This document shows positions 18,504-26,146 of a DNA stretch of 43,007 bases, piece by piece. The stretch covers positions 1-43,007 of the forward strand of contig CAZDDY010000001.1 of NCBI GenBank assembly GCA_964504455.1. Direction: 5' to 3'. The notes below the pieces were generated by a model. That model did not search any database. It was not told where the DNA came from and saw only the letters and a program-made list of their open reading frames with translations. The first letter of the stretch is position 1. Each line of letters starts with the position of its first letter. A program made the position numbers and the translations under genes. This DNA comes from an uncultured Candidatus Saccharibacteria bacterium. Its GTDB lineage: Bacteria > Patescibacteriota > Minisyncoccia > Phycocordibacterales > UBA9973.

Positions 18504-19764
18504 AAAATCAAAAAAACAACTAAAAAAGAAAAAAATCAATAAGAAAAAAATTCTAAAGAAGAAGGTTATCTTAAAAAAGAAGATTCAAAAAAAACCAGTT
18601 AAAAAAACAAAAAAAGTTGTTTCAAAAAAGCCTACTAAGACCAAAAAGGTAATAAAAAAACAAGGCAAAGCCACTAAACAAGTAAAAAAGGGCAAAGGTG
18701 TTGATTTAGAAGCTCGAGCACAGCAGTTGATTGAGAAGGGGAAAAAGAGAGGATTTATTACATATGACGAAATTTTAAAATCTTTACCAAATATTGAGTC
18801 AAATATCTTGTTTCTCGATGAGCTTTACGACAAGCTCTCTGTTGCTGGAATTGATGTACTCGAAGGAGGAAATCTACTTGATTTAGACGTTGGAAACGAA
18901 AAAGGAGGCAAGCACGAAAGAGAGAGTCAGGGGTATGACTCAATTCAAATGTACCTTAAGGAAATTGGCCAATACCCACTTCTAACAGCTTCTGAAGAGA
19001 GGGATTTAGCACAACGAATCGAACGAGGAGATAGCGAAGCAAAAAATTTACTTGCACGTGCTAACTTGCGTTTGGTTGTTTCTATTGCAAAAAAATATGT
19101 TGGTCGTTCCGCAGATCTTACACTTCTTGATTTGATCCAAGAAGGTAATATTGGTCTCTTTAAAGCAGTTGAAAAATTTGATTGGACTAAAGGATATAAA
19201 TTTTCAACATATGCAACATGGTGGATCCGTCAATCAATTACAAGAGCACTTGCTGACCAGTCTCGCACCATTCGTATTCCGGTCCACATGGTTGAGACAA
19301 TTTCAAAATACAAACAAGTACACAGAAGACTCTCGCAAGACTTAGGACGTGATCCACTACCAGAGGAAATCGCAACTGAGATGGGTATTGAAGTAGAAAA
19401 AATTCATGTGATAGAAAACATTACTCAAGACACTCTCTCTCTTGAGCAGCCAATTGGAGATGATGATGAAAAATCCACACGTGGAGAGTTTATTGCTGAC
19501 GATAAAATACTTCGCCCCGATGAAGAGTCTTCTCGAAGAATTTTACAAGACAATATCAGAGAAGCGCTTGATGAGCTTTCAGAAAAAGAAAGAAAAATTC
19601 TTGAGATGCGATATGGGCTTACTGATGGAGTGCAACATACACTCGAAGAAGTAGGACAAGAGTTTGGGGTTACTCGAGAACGTATTAGACAAATCGAGGC
19701 CAAGGTTCATGAAAAACTTCGAAGTAACGACAAAATCTCAAGACTCCGAAATTATTTTGACTAA
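18493..19764 (+). CDS. rpoD: Primary (sigma-70 family) RNA polymerase sigma factor with a poly-lysine N-terminal extension
   Basis: Region 2 [36 protein letters not shown], region 3 [12 protein letters not shown], region 4 [20 protein letters not shown]. The first ~70 residues are about half Lys. It overlaps the dnaG stop by 11 nt. Confidence 0.93.
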   Translation: MPTKKSKKQLKKKKINKKKILKKKVILKKKIQKKPVKKTKKVVSKKPTKTKKVIKKQGKATKQVKKGKGVDLEARAQQLIEKGKKRGFITYDEILKSLPNIESNILFLDELYDKLSVAGIDVLEGGNLLDLDVGNEKGGKHERESQGYDSIQMYLKEIGQYPLLTASEERDLAQRIERGDSEAKNLLARANLRLVVSIAKKYVGRSADLTLLDLIQEGNIGLFKAVEKFDWTKGYKFSTYATWWIRQSITRALADQSRTIRIPVHMVETISKYKQVHRRLSQDLGRDPLPEEIATEMGIEVEKIHVIENITQDTLSLEQPIGDDDEKSTRGEFIADDKILRPDEESSRRILQDNIREALDELSEKERKILEMRYGLTDGVQHTLEEVGQEFGVTRERIRQIEAKVHEKLRSNDKISRLRNYFD

Positions 19765-19765
19765 C

Positions 19766-19792
19766 AAAAAGCCCTCAGTTGAGGGCTTTTTG
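19766..19792. terminator. Bidirectional intrinsic terminator between convergent rpoD and the DsbA-like gene
   Basis: AAAAA GCCCTC agtt GAGGGC TTTTT, with an A-tract on one side and a T-tract on the other. Confidence 0.75.
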
Positions 19793-19809
19793 TTATCTAT
19801 AAATTTTCT

Positions 19810-20604
19810 CTAAAATGCCTCAGCATCAAATACTTCTTGTGTAGGACGCTTAAGTTCAAGGAGTTTACCTATATATGTCCAAAAAGCTTTATTTCCTCCA
19901 AGCTCAGCAACGCATTCTGATGCTTCAGCTTTTGCGCGAGCTGTCGGATGGATACTTTCAAGAGGAAGATGTCTATACACCCACGCAACATCCCCATCGT
20001 ACGTTTTCATAATATCTTCCATGGTTGAATGAAATCGAGAACAAAAAGAGCAATCAAGGTCACCATATTCGATGATAGTGACACCTGCAGTTTTATGATC
20101 TCCCAACACATGATCTCTGTCACTTATTGGGTCAAGATTCATTTCAATTGTGCCCTGCATTCTGTCTGTAAGAAGTCCGTTTACGATTTGTCTAATTTCT
20201 TCATATGGAAGAGCTCCAGGTATTTCAACCATTGCTCCATTTCGTGAAAGGGCAATACTATATGGTGTTCCAAATCCATCGGTAATATGTGCCATTGCTC
20301 TTGCTGCGCTATCAATATCTTTTTGTACAACATCTCTATATCTATTGGATGAAACACAATCAGCAAACCTTGCCTTGTCTATCCCGAGTTGTTCAATAGT
20401 TGATTTTGAGGTACCGCCTCCACCTCGTGCATTTGAAGAAAAATAAATTGCACCTGCAATAAAAATAGCAGCAATAACAATTGCACTTGAAATTGATATA
20501 ACATTTGTTCGTCGATTATTTTCAGGTGGGACAGGAGAAGGAACTACTATAATCTGAGGTTGAGGCTGGGACGGTACAGGGGCCTGCGGTTGACTATTGT
20601 CCAT
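19810..20604 (-). CDS. Membrane-anchored DsbA-like thiol:disulfide oxidoreductase
   Basis: Pro/Gln-rich N-terminus, TM (ISISSAIVIAAIFIAGAIYF), and thioredoxin-fold CxxC in YGDLDCSFCSRFH. Start ATG 20604 (MDNSQ...) fits the promoter geometry better than 20640. Confidence 0.8.
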   Translation of the reverse strand: MDNSQPQAPVPSQPQPQIIVVPSPVPPENNRRTNVISISSAIVIAAIFIAGAIYFSSNARGGGGTSKSTIEQLGIDKARFADCVSSNRYRDVVQKDIDSAARAMAHITDGFGTPYSIALSRNGAMVEIPGALPYEEIRQIVNGLLTDRMQGTIEMNLDPISDRDHVLGDHKTAGVTIIEYGDLDCSFCSRFHSTMEDIMKTYDGDVAWVYRHLPLESIHPTARAKAEASECVAELGGNKAFWTYIGKLLELKRPTQEVFDAEAF

Positions 20605-20611
20605 AAGTATT

Positions 20612-20640
20612 ATTGTACCATGCTTATTTGATACTTTCAA
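20612..20640 (-). promoter_or_regulatory. Sigma-70-type promoter (extended -10) for the DsbA-like gene
   Basis: Minus strand reads TTGAAA-17 nt-(TGg)TACAAT, with 7 nt between the -10 and ATG 20604. Confidence 0.55.
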
Positions 20641-20675
20641 AAAAAACCGTGCAAAACCCCGACTTTTATGCTACC

Positions 20676-21953
20676 ATGGGCTTCTATATGGATAAGGTTT
20701 ATCAGGTCGTTTTTTACGCCTTTTCTTTTGTCTCGCTCTACGTCCAAGTCTTTTTTCTTATTGTTTTTTTGGAAAAACGTAAAGAAATACTTGTTCGCAC
20801 AAAACGTATTGAATTGCCAGAGTATCCTTCTGTTTCAATTACAATTCCTGCGTACAATGAATCAAAAAATATCGAAAAGACCGTACAGTCTCTTCTTGAA
20901 CTTGATTATCCAAAGGAAAAACTTTTTATAAATATTGTTGACGATGGATCAACTGACGATACCTGGGAGGTAATGCAACAGTACAAAAATAATTCACAAA
21001 TAAAACTTTTTCGTCAGGAAAATGGTGGGAAATTCGCAGCAAATAATCTTGGCTTAAAGAATTCAGCAACCCCTTTTGTTGGATGCCTCGATGCTGATTC
21101 TATGGTTCATCCTGAAGCTTTAAAAAGAATCATGACATATTTTGACAATACAGATGTGATGGCCGTTGCGTCTACGATCGTAATTCATAACCCAAAAAGT
21201 GTACTTCAAAAAGCGCAACGAGTTGAGTACGAATTTTCTATTTTTGTTAAAAAAATGCTTAGTTTTATTGATGCAATTCATGTTACTCCTGGACCGTTTT
21301 CAATATTTAGAAAGGAAGTATTTGAGAAACTTGGCCCGTATCGACACGCACATAATACAGAAGATCAGGAGATAGCCATGCGTATGAAAGCAGCTAAAAT
21401 GAAAATAGAGCATGCTCCTGATGCATACGTCTATACGCTCGGACCACATAAGGTGCGGGGATTGTTTAAACAAAGAGTGCGTTGGATATATGGGTTTATC
21501 CGTAATAGTTTAGATTATAAAAAATTACTTTTCAGGCACGAATACGGAAATATCGGGTTCATAACTCTTCCTTCAGGTATTATTTCAATACTATCCGTTA
21601 TTTTTTTATTTTCATATGTTTTATACAACCTAAGTAGTTTTGTTGCTAGAAAGGTGACAGAGTATCAAACAGTCGGATTTTCTTGGGATTTCACATTGCC
21701 AGAACTCGGCATATTCTCGGTACCTAGTCATTCTGTTTTTTTTATAACAGTGTTTGTATACTTAGCAGTTTTTGCGTCACTTTTCATTGGTCAAACAATT
21801 CGACATGGCAAGGTTAAACTTTCTTTTGATATATTTTACTTCTTCTTTATCTACAGCCTTATTGCACCATTTTGGCTTATGAGGTCAATATACAATGCCA
21901 TTAGAAACTATGAGGCAAGCTGGACCAGAGAACGTGATACCCGGGGCATATAA
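20676..21953 (+). CDS. Integral-membrane processive family-2 glycosyltransferase (polysaccharide synthase-like)
   Basis: SITIPAYNES...IVDDGSTDDT, LDADS, and the processive-GT2 motif QRVRW, with TM segments at both ends. The start is uncertain (20676 or 20688; the longest ORF starts at 20613). Confidence 0.85.
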   Translation: MGFYMDKVYQVVFYAFSFVSLYVQVFFLIVFLEKRKEILVRTKRIELPEYPSVSITIPAYNESKNIEKTVQSLLELDYPKEKLFINIVDDGSTDDTWEVMQQYKNNSQIKLFRQENGGKFAANNLGLKNSATPFVGCLDADSMVHPEALKRIMTYFDNTDVMAVASTIVIHNPKSVLQKAQRVEYEFSIFVKKMLSFIDAIHVTPGPFSIFRKEVFEKLGPYRHAHNTEDQEIAMRMKAAKMKIEHAPDAYVYTLGPHKVRGLFKQRVRWIYGFIRNSLDYKKLLFRHEYGNIGFITLPSGIISILSVIFLFSYVLYNLSSFVARKVTEYQTVGFSWDFTLPELGIFSVPSHSVFFITVFVYLAVFASLFIGQTIRHGKVKLSFDIFYFFFIYSLIAPFWLMRSIYNAIRNYEASWTRERDTRGI

Positions 21954-21973
21954 AATATGGTAGGATAGGAAAC

Positions 21974-22672
21974 ATGAAACGGCCAGACATTGTTAGGTAT
22001 ATTGTCGTCTTTATTATCACGGTTGCACTCTTTGTAAGTGCAACAGCTCTTTCTTCTTTTTTAAATAATCGAAAACTTGCTGATATTAAAGAGATTCAAG
22101 ATACTATCGCAATTGATATTGCTTCAAATGAGACACAGTTTCAGCTTTTACAGGAACTTTCTTGTAATGATCTTGCGGCTGACTCACTCACAGATACACT
22201 AAATGAAACAGCTGAGAAAATTACATATAGTGAAAACAACATAAATGGAAAAGACCAACTTGTGCAGTTGAAGCGTTATTATTCTATTCTACAAATCAAA
22301 GATTATCTTCTAATGCAAAAGATCAAAGCTCGTTGTGGTACAGATATAATTCCTGTTTTCTATTTCTATACGACAGCAGAAAATTGTAGTGAATGTGTGC
22401 GCCAGTCACTTGTGTTAACAAAAATGAGAGAAGAGTACCCAATCCTTCGAGTGTATTCTTTTGACTATAATTTGGAACTCTCAGCATTACAGGCACTTAT
22501 AAAAGTGTTTAATGTCGAAGATACAAAACTTCCAGCTCTTGTCGTCAACGATAAGTTATATACTGGTTTCAAAACTCAAGAAGAAATCGAGAAACTTTTA
22601 CCAAGTCTCTTAAAAATAAAGGAGGCAAACCAAAAGAAAATAGAGAAGGAAGAGAAGGGTAATATAGAGTAA
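21974..22672 (+). CDS. Membrane-anchored thioredoxin/glutaredoxin-fold protein with CSEC motif
   Basis: N-terminal TM (IVVFIITVALFVSATALSSF), then VFYFYTTAENCSECVRQ (beta-strand + CxxC) and a later KLPALVV (cis-Pro-like). Confidence 0.55.
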   Translation: MKRPDIVRYIVVFIITVALFVSATALSSFLNNRKLADIKEIQDTIAIDIASNETQFQLLQELSCNDLAADSLTDTLNETAEKITYSENNINGKDQLVQLKRYYSILQIKDYLLMQKIKARCGTDIIPVFYFYTTAENCSECVRQSLVLTKMREEYPILRVYSFDYNLELSALQALIKVFNVEDTKLPALVVNDKLYTGFKTQEEIEKLLPSLLKIKEANQKKIEKEEKGNIE

Positions 22673-22681
22673 TCTTAACTG

Positions 22682-22754
22682 AGCCGCTTGTCAGACTTGA
22701 ACTGACGACCTTCGCTTTACAAAAGCGTTGCTCTACCAACTGAGCTAAAGCGGC
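22682..22754 (-). tRNA. tRNA-Thr (anticodon UGU), no encoded CCA
   Basis: Minus strand reads GCCGCTT TA GCTC AGTTGGTA GAGC A ACGCT TTTGTAA AGCGA AGGTC GTCAG TTCAAGT CTGAC AAGCGGC T. This folds as a cloverleaf with a GTTCAAGT T-loop. Confidence 0.9.
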
Positions 22755-22767
22755 AAAATTCTTTTCT

Positions 22768-22795
22768 TTTATAGCATGCTTTTTTGAATTTTCAA
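22768..22795 (-). promoter_or_regulatory. Promoter for tRNA-Thr
   Basis: Minus strand reads TTGAAA-16 nt-TATAAA. The -10 ends 13 nt before the tRNA 5' end. Confidence 0.5.
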
Positions 22796-22805
22796 ACCTC
22801 TTTAT

Positions 22806-23177
22806 TTATTTTTCTGAAGAGGAGTATTCTTCTTTGGCAACTTCCAAAAATCTATTTGGTTTTACCTCTTGTATGTCTTCTTTCGGAAATGCCATTTTTG
22901 ACAATTTTATTATTGCTCTATCAAACTGTCTTTTCATAAGTTTCTTACTTTCGATAGTCAGTTTTAAAAGAATAATTGTAAATACACGACCCTTTTCTCT
23001 GATTTGTCCAGTAACAACTATTTTTACATTTTCAAGCTGTTTTTCAGAGAGAGGATCATGGAACGCTGTATCAAGTACTCCCGCCTTACCCTGACGCATA
23101 CGGTAATATTGAAAAGAAAATAATAGAGTCAGGGAAAGGATTGAGGCAATTAATAATAGGGTAAGGAAGAGAGTCAT
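22806..23177 (-). CDS. Hypothetical small membrane protein (123 aa)
   Basis: N-terminal TM MTLFLTLLLIASILSLTLLFSF and a charged C-terminal part. It follows tsf by 5 nt. No recognisable motif. Confidence 0.5.
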   Translation of the reverse strand: MTLFLTLLLIASILSLTLLFSFQYYRMRQGKAGVLDTAFHDPLSEKQLENVKIVVTGQIREKGRVFTIILLKLTIESKKLMKRQFDRAIIKLSKMAFPKEDIQEVKPNRFLEVAKEEYSSSEK

Positions 23178-23182
23178 GGTTT

Positions 23183-23956
23183 TTAGAGAGATACTCTAAG
23201 GTATGTATCTATTGTAGCATTATTTTTTTCAAGTAAACCACCGATCGTTATATCAGGGTTTTTGAAAAACGGTTGGTCAAGCAAGGTAAGCTCTTTAAAA
23301 TAGCTGTCAATTTTACCTTGAAGCATTTTTTCTTGTATATCTTGTGGTTTACCACTTTCAGATACTTCTTTAGTAAACATTTCTCTTGCTTTCTCAAGCA
23401 TGTCACTTGGGATGTCAGATTTTTGTTTATATTCTGGATTCATTGCTGCGATGTGCATCGCGATATCTTTAGAGATATCCATTGTTCCACCTGAAAGGAC
23501 TACAATAGAAGCTATGCGTCCATCATGAACATAGGATCCAACGACGGAACCAGTAATCTCTTCAATATCACCTAACTGAATGTTTTCTCCAACCTTTTGA
23601 ACGATAGAAGGGATTGCTTCTTGTGCATATGCTTTTCCAGCTTCAACACCATCTTTAAATGCTTCTTCTGTTATTTTATTTGCAAGGTCAATAAAATCAC
23701 TATTTTTTGCAACAAAATCAGTTTCACAATTAAGTCGCACAAGTATCGCTCGGACACCGTCGTTTTTTACTACAAAAAGTCCTTGACTTGCTTCACGATC
23801 AGATTTTTTTTGTGCTATCTCACTAGACTTTTTCTTAAGAATCATAAGGGCTTTTTCCATATCACCCCCAGCTTCTTCGAGTGCCTTTTTACACTGCATA
23901 ACAGAGACACTTGTCTCGTCACGAAGTTGTTTGATCATTTCTGTTGTTATTTCCAT
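23183..23956 (-). CDS. tsf: Translation elongation factor Ts
   Basis: UBA-like N-terminus MIKQLRDETSVSVMQCKKALEEAGGDMEKA, plus CETDFVAKN and AMHIAAMNP. Confidence 0.93.
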   Translation of the reverse strand: MEITTEMIKQLRDETSVSVMQCKKALEEAGGDMEKALMILKKKSSEIAQKKSDREASQGLFVVKNDGVRAILVRLNCETDFVAKNSDFIDLANKITEEAFKDGVEAGKAYAQEAIPSIVQKVGENIQLGDIEEITGSVVGSYVHDGRIASIVVLSGGTMDISKDIAMHIAAMNPEYKQKSDIPSDMLEKAREMFTKEVSESGKPQDIQEKMLQGKIDSYFKELTLLDQPFFKNPDITIGGLLEKNNATIDTYLRVSL

Positions 23957-23991
23957 AAATAAAGAACAATAAAAAGTTAATTTAATAAAAT

Positions 23992-24681
23992 TTATGCTTG
24001 CTTGGTTGCGTTTTTGTATGTACTCACAACCGCCTCAACAAAGTAGCCAATTGATGACATTGAAGCATCGTTTGCAATAATAGGGAATTGTATTCCAGTA
24101 ATATTACAGTCAGAGTTTGCAAGAGCAATAATAGGAACGCGGGTTTTCTTTGCTTCAGTTACGGCAATGTGTTCTCGCTTTGGGTCAATCACAAATAATG
24201 CATCAGGATTTCCTGAAAAACCTACAAGACCTGAAAAAAGTTTGTGCATATTTGCTATTTCTTCATCAATAAGCAAACGCTCTTTTTTTGTATATTTTTC
24301 GAGTTCGCCTGATTCTTTTTTCTTTTTCAGATCTTCTAGTTTTGCGATTCGCTTCTTAATTTCTCTTTGGTTTGTGAGTACACCTCCTACCCATCGTTCA
24401 GTAACAAATGGGGCACCGATTGATTCAGCTGCATTTTTCACTAAGTCTTTTGCTTCCGGTTTCACTCCAACAAAGAGAATTTTTTTACCTGATTTTGCGA
24501 GGTCACTTACAAATGAAAGCGCTTTTTCAAGTTGCATTGCTGTTGCTTCAACATCAATGATGTCGACTTGATTTCGTGTCGTATAAATATATTTTTTTAC
24601 TGACGGATGACGGCGAGATTTTGAATAGCCGTACTGTGCGCCTGCTTTAAACAGGGCATCAACTATTGGGTTTGAATCCAT
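23992..24681 (-). CDS. rpsB: 30S ribosomal protein S2
   Basis: LFKAGAQYGYSKSRRHPSVKKYIY, ILFVGVK, FVTERWVGGVLTN, PDALFVIDP, EAKKTRVPIIALANSD. Confidence 0.95.
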   Translation of the reverse strand: MDSNPIVDALFKAGAQYGYSKSRRHPSVKKYIYTTRNQVDIIDVEATAMQLEKALSFVSDLAKSGKKILFVGVKPEAKDLVKNAAESIGAPFVTERWVGGVLTNQREIKKRIAKLEDLKKKKESGELEKYTKKERLLIDEEIANMHKLFSGLVGFSGNPDALFVIDPKREHIAVTEAKKTRVPIIALANSDCNITGIQFPIIANDASMSSIGYFVEAVVSTYKNATKQA

Positions 24682-24734
24682 ATATCGTTAATTTAATCCT
24701 TTATAATCCTTACCACAATTTCGACATCGTGGTT

Positions 24735-24811
24735 ATTCCGTTCATGAGCATTGCAGCGTCCTGACAGAGGGTGAGCTCGCGAGAGCCAAATAAAAACACC
24801 CCCCACGGAAT
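24735..24811. ncRNA. Candidate structured RNA element of unknown class in the rpsB/proS divergent intergenic region
   Basis: Visibly GC-richer than its flanks. Nested complementarity: ATTCCGT (24735-24741)/ACGGAAT (24805-24811); GGGTG (24769-24773)/CACCC (24797-24801); hairpin GCTC-GCGA-GAGC (24775-24786), which is a GNRA loop on the plus strand. Strand and function are undetermined. Confidence 0.3.
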
Positions 24812-24882
24812 GTCCTTTAAATATAACAGAAATTGAGAAAAAAGCAATCTTATTTAGGCTTTCGAAAATGCCGATTTTGCGC

Positions 24883-24888
24883 TAGTAT
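24883..24888 (+). promoter_or_regulatory. Candidate -10 box for proS
   Basis: TAGTAT ends 6 nt before ATG 24895. The -35 is weak (TTCGAA). Confidence 0.35.
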
Positions 24889-24894
24889 TGGCCT

Positions 24895-26145
24895 ATGCGA
24901 CAAAGCCAACTCTTCACAAAGACAAAGCGGGAAAGTCCAGCGGACGAAGTATCTAAGAATGCTGAACTTCTTATCCGTGCAGGGTATATATATAAAGAAA
25001 TGGCAGGAGTCTATGCCTATTTACCACTTGGGTTACGTGTTGTTGAGAAAATCAAGCAAGTGGTTCGTGAGGAGATGAATGCAATCGGAGGGCAAGAGTT
25101 GATTATGACGGCGCTTCAGAAAAAAGCTACCTGGGAAACAACAGGTAGGTGGAGTGATGATGTGGTTGATATTTGGTTTAAGACACAGCTAAAAGACGGA
25201 ACTGATTTAGGGCTTGGGTGGTCACACGAAGAGCCTATTATTGAGATGGTTAAACAACATCTTTCAAGTTATAAAGATTTACCTATTAATGTCTATCAAT
25301 TTCAAACTAAACTTCGAAACGAGTTACGGGCAAAAAGTGGAATTTTGAGAGGAAGAGAGTTTGTTATGAAAGACATGTATTCATGTAGTGTTGATGCGAA
25401 ACAACACGAGCAGTTTTACCAATCGACAATAGAGGCATACAAGAAAATTTATAACCGACTAGGTATTGGTGAGGATACCCATGTTACTTTTGCGAGTGGC
25501 GGTGCGTTTACACAATTTAGTCATGAATTTCAAACGATTTGTGCGGCAGGCGAGGACACCATTTATTTGCATCGTGGTAAAAATATTGCAGTCAACGAAG
25601 AGGTGTTAAACGATGAGAATCTTACAAAACTTGGTATTGCACGTGATGAGCTTGAAAAAGTAACAACAGCTGAAGTTGGTAATATTTTTAATTTTGGAAC
25701 TCAAAAGAGCGAAGATATGAATTTTACTTTTACAAATGAATCTGGAGAAAAGCAGTACGTGCATCTTGGTTCGTATGGTATTGGTATTACTCGTGTTATG
25801 GGTGTTATTGCGGAGAAGTTTGCAGATGAAAAAGGAATTGTATGGCCTGAGGCGGTAGCACCATATAAGATCCACTTGGTAGTTTTAGGGGAAAATGAAA
25901 AAACAAAAGAAGAAGCAGAAAAACTTTATCAGGAGTTAGTGTTGACTGGGGCAGAAGTCCTCTTTGACGATAGATCTGGGGTTTCAAACGGCGAGAAATT
26001 AAATGACGCGGATTTATTGGGTATGCCTATACGATTAATAGTTTCAGATAAAAGTATTGAATCAGGTGGATGCGAGTACAAGAAAAGAAACGAAAAAGAA
26101 AGTACTGTCATGAGCTTTGCTGAGGCTGTAGATTTCTTGAAATAA
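24895..26145 (+). CDS. proS: Prolyl-tRNA synthetase, bacterial-like, lacking the INS editing domain
   Basis: 416 aa. MRQSQLFTKTKRESPADEVSKNAELLIRAGYI, motif 2 FQTKLRNELRAKSGILRGREFVMKDMYS, motif 3 GSYGIGITRV. Only ~135 aa separate motifs 2 and 3. Confidence 0.92.
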   Translation: MRQSQLFTKTKRESPADEVSKNAELLIRAGYIYKEMAGVYAYLPLGLRVVEKIKQVVREEMNAIGGQELIMTALQKKATWETTGRWSDDVVDIWFKTQLKDGTDLGLGWSHEEPIIEMVKQHLSSYKDLPINVYQFQTKLRNELRAKSGILRGREFVMKDMYSCSVDAKQHEQFYQSTIEAYKKIYNRLGIGEDTHVTFASGGAFTQFSHEFQTICAAGEDTIYLHRGKNIAVNEEVLNDENLTKLGIARDELEKVTTAEVGNIFNFGTQKSEDMNFTFTNESGEKQYVHLGSYGIGITRVMGVIAEKFADEKGIVWPEAVAPYKIHLVVLGENEKTKEEAEKLYQELVLTGAEVLFDDRSGVSNGEKLNDADLLGMPIRLIVSDKSIESGGCEYKKRNEKESTVMSFAEAVDFLK

Positions 26146-26146
26146 T

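Noticed and set aside
24735-24811. Possible SRP (4.5S) RNA, T-box leader or preQ1-I riboswitch in the rpsB/proS spacer.
   Set aside because: SRP: the minus strand has GUCAGG but lacks the conserved GGAA-tetraloop/AGCAGC arrangement of SRP helix 8. T-box: GGGUGAGCUCGCG only loosely resembles the T-box (GGGUGGNACCGCG), has no UGGN to pair with tRNA NCCA, and the region is too short for stem I. PreQ1-I: the hairpin before the A-rich strand has only a tetraloop, too small for a preQ1-I pocket. I kept it as an unclassified candidate only.
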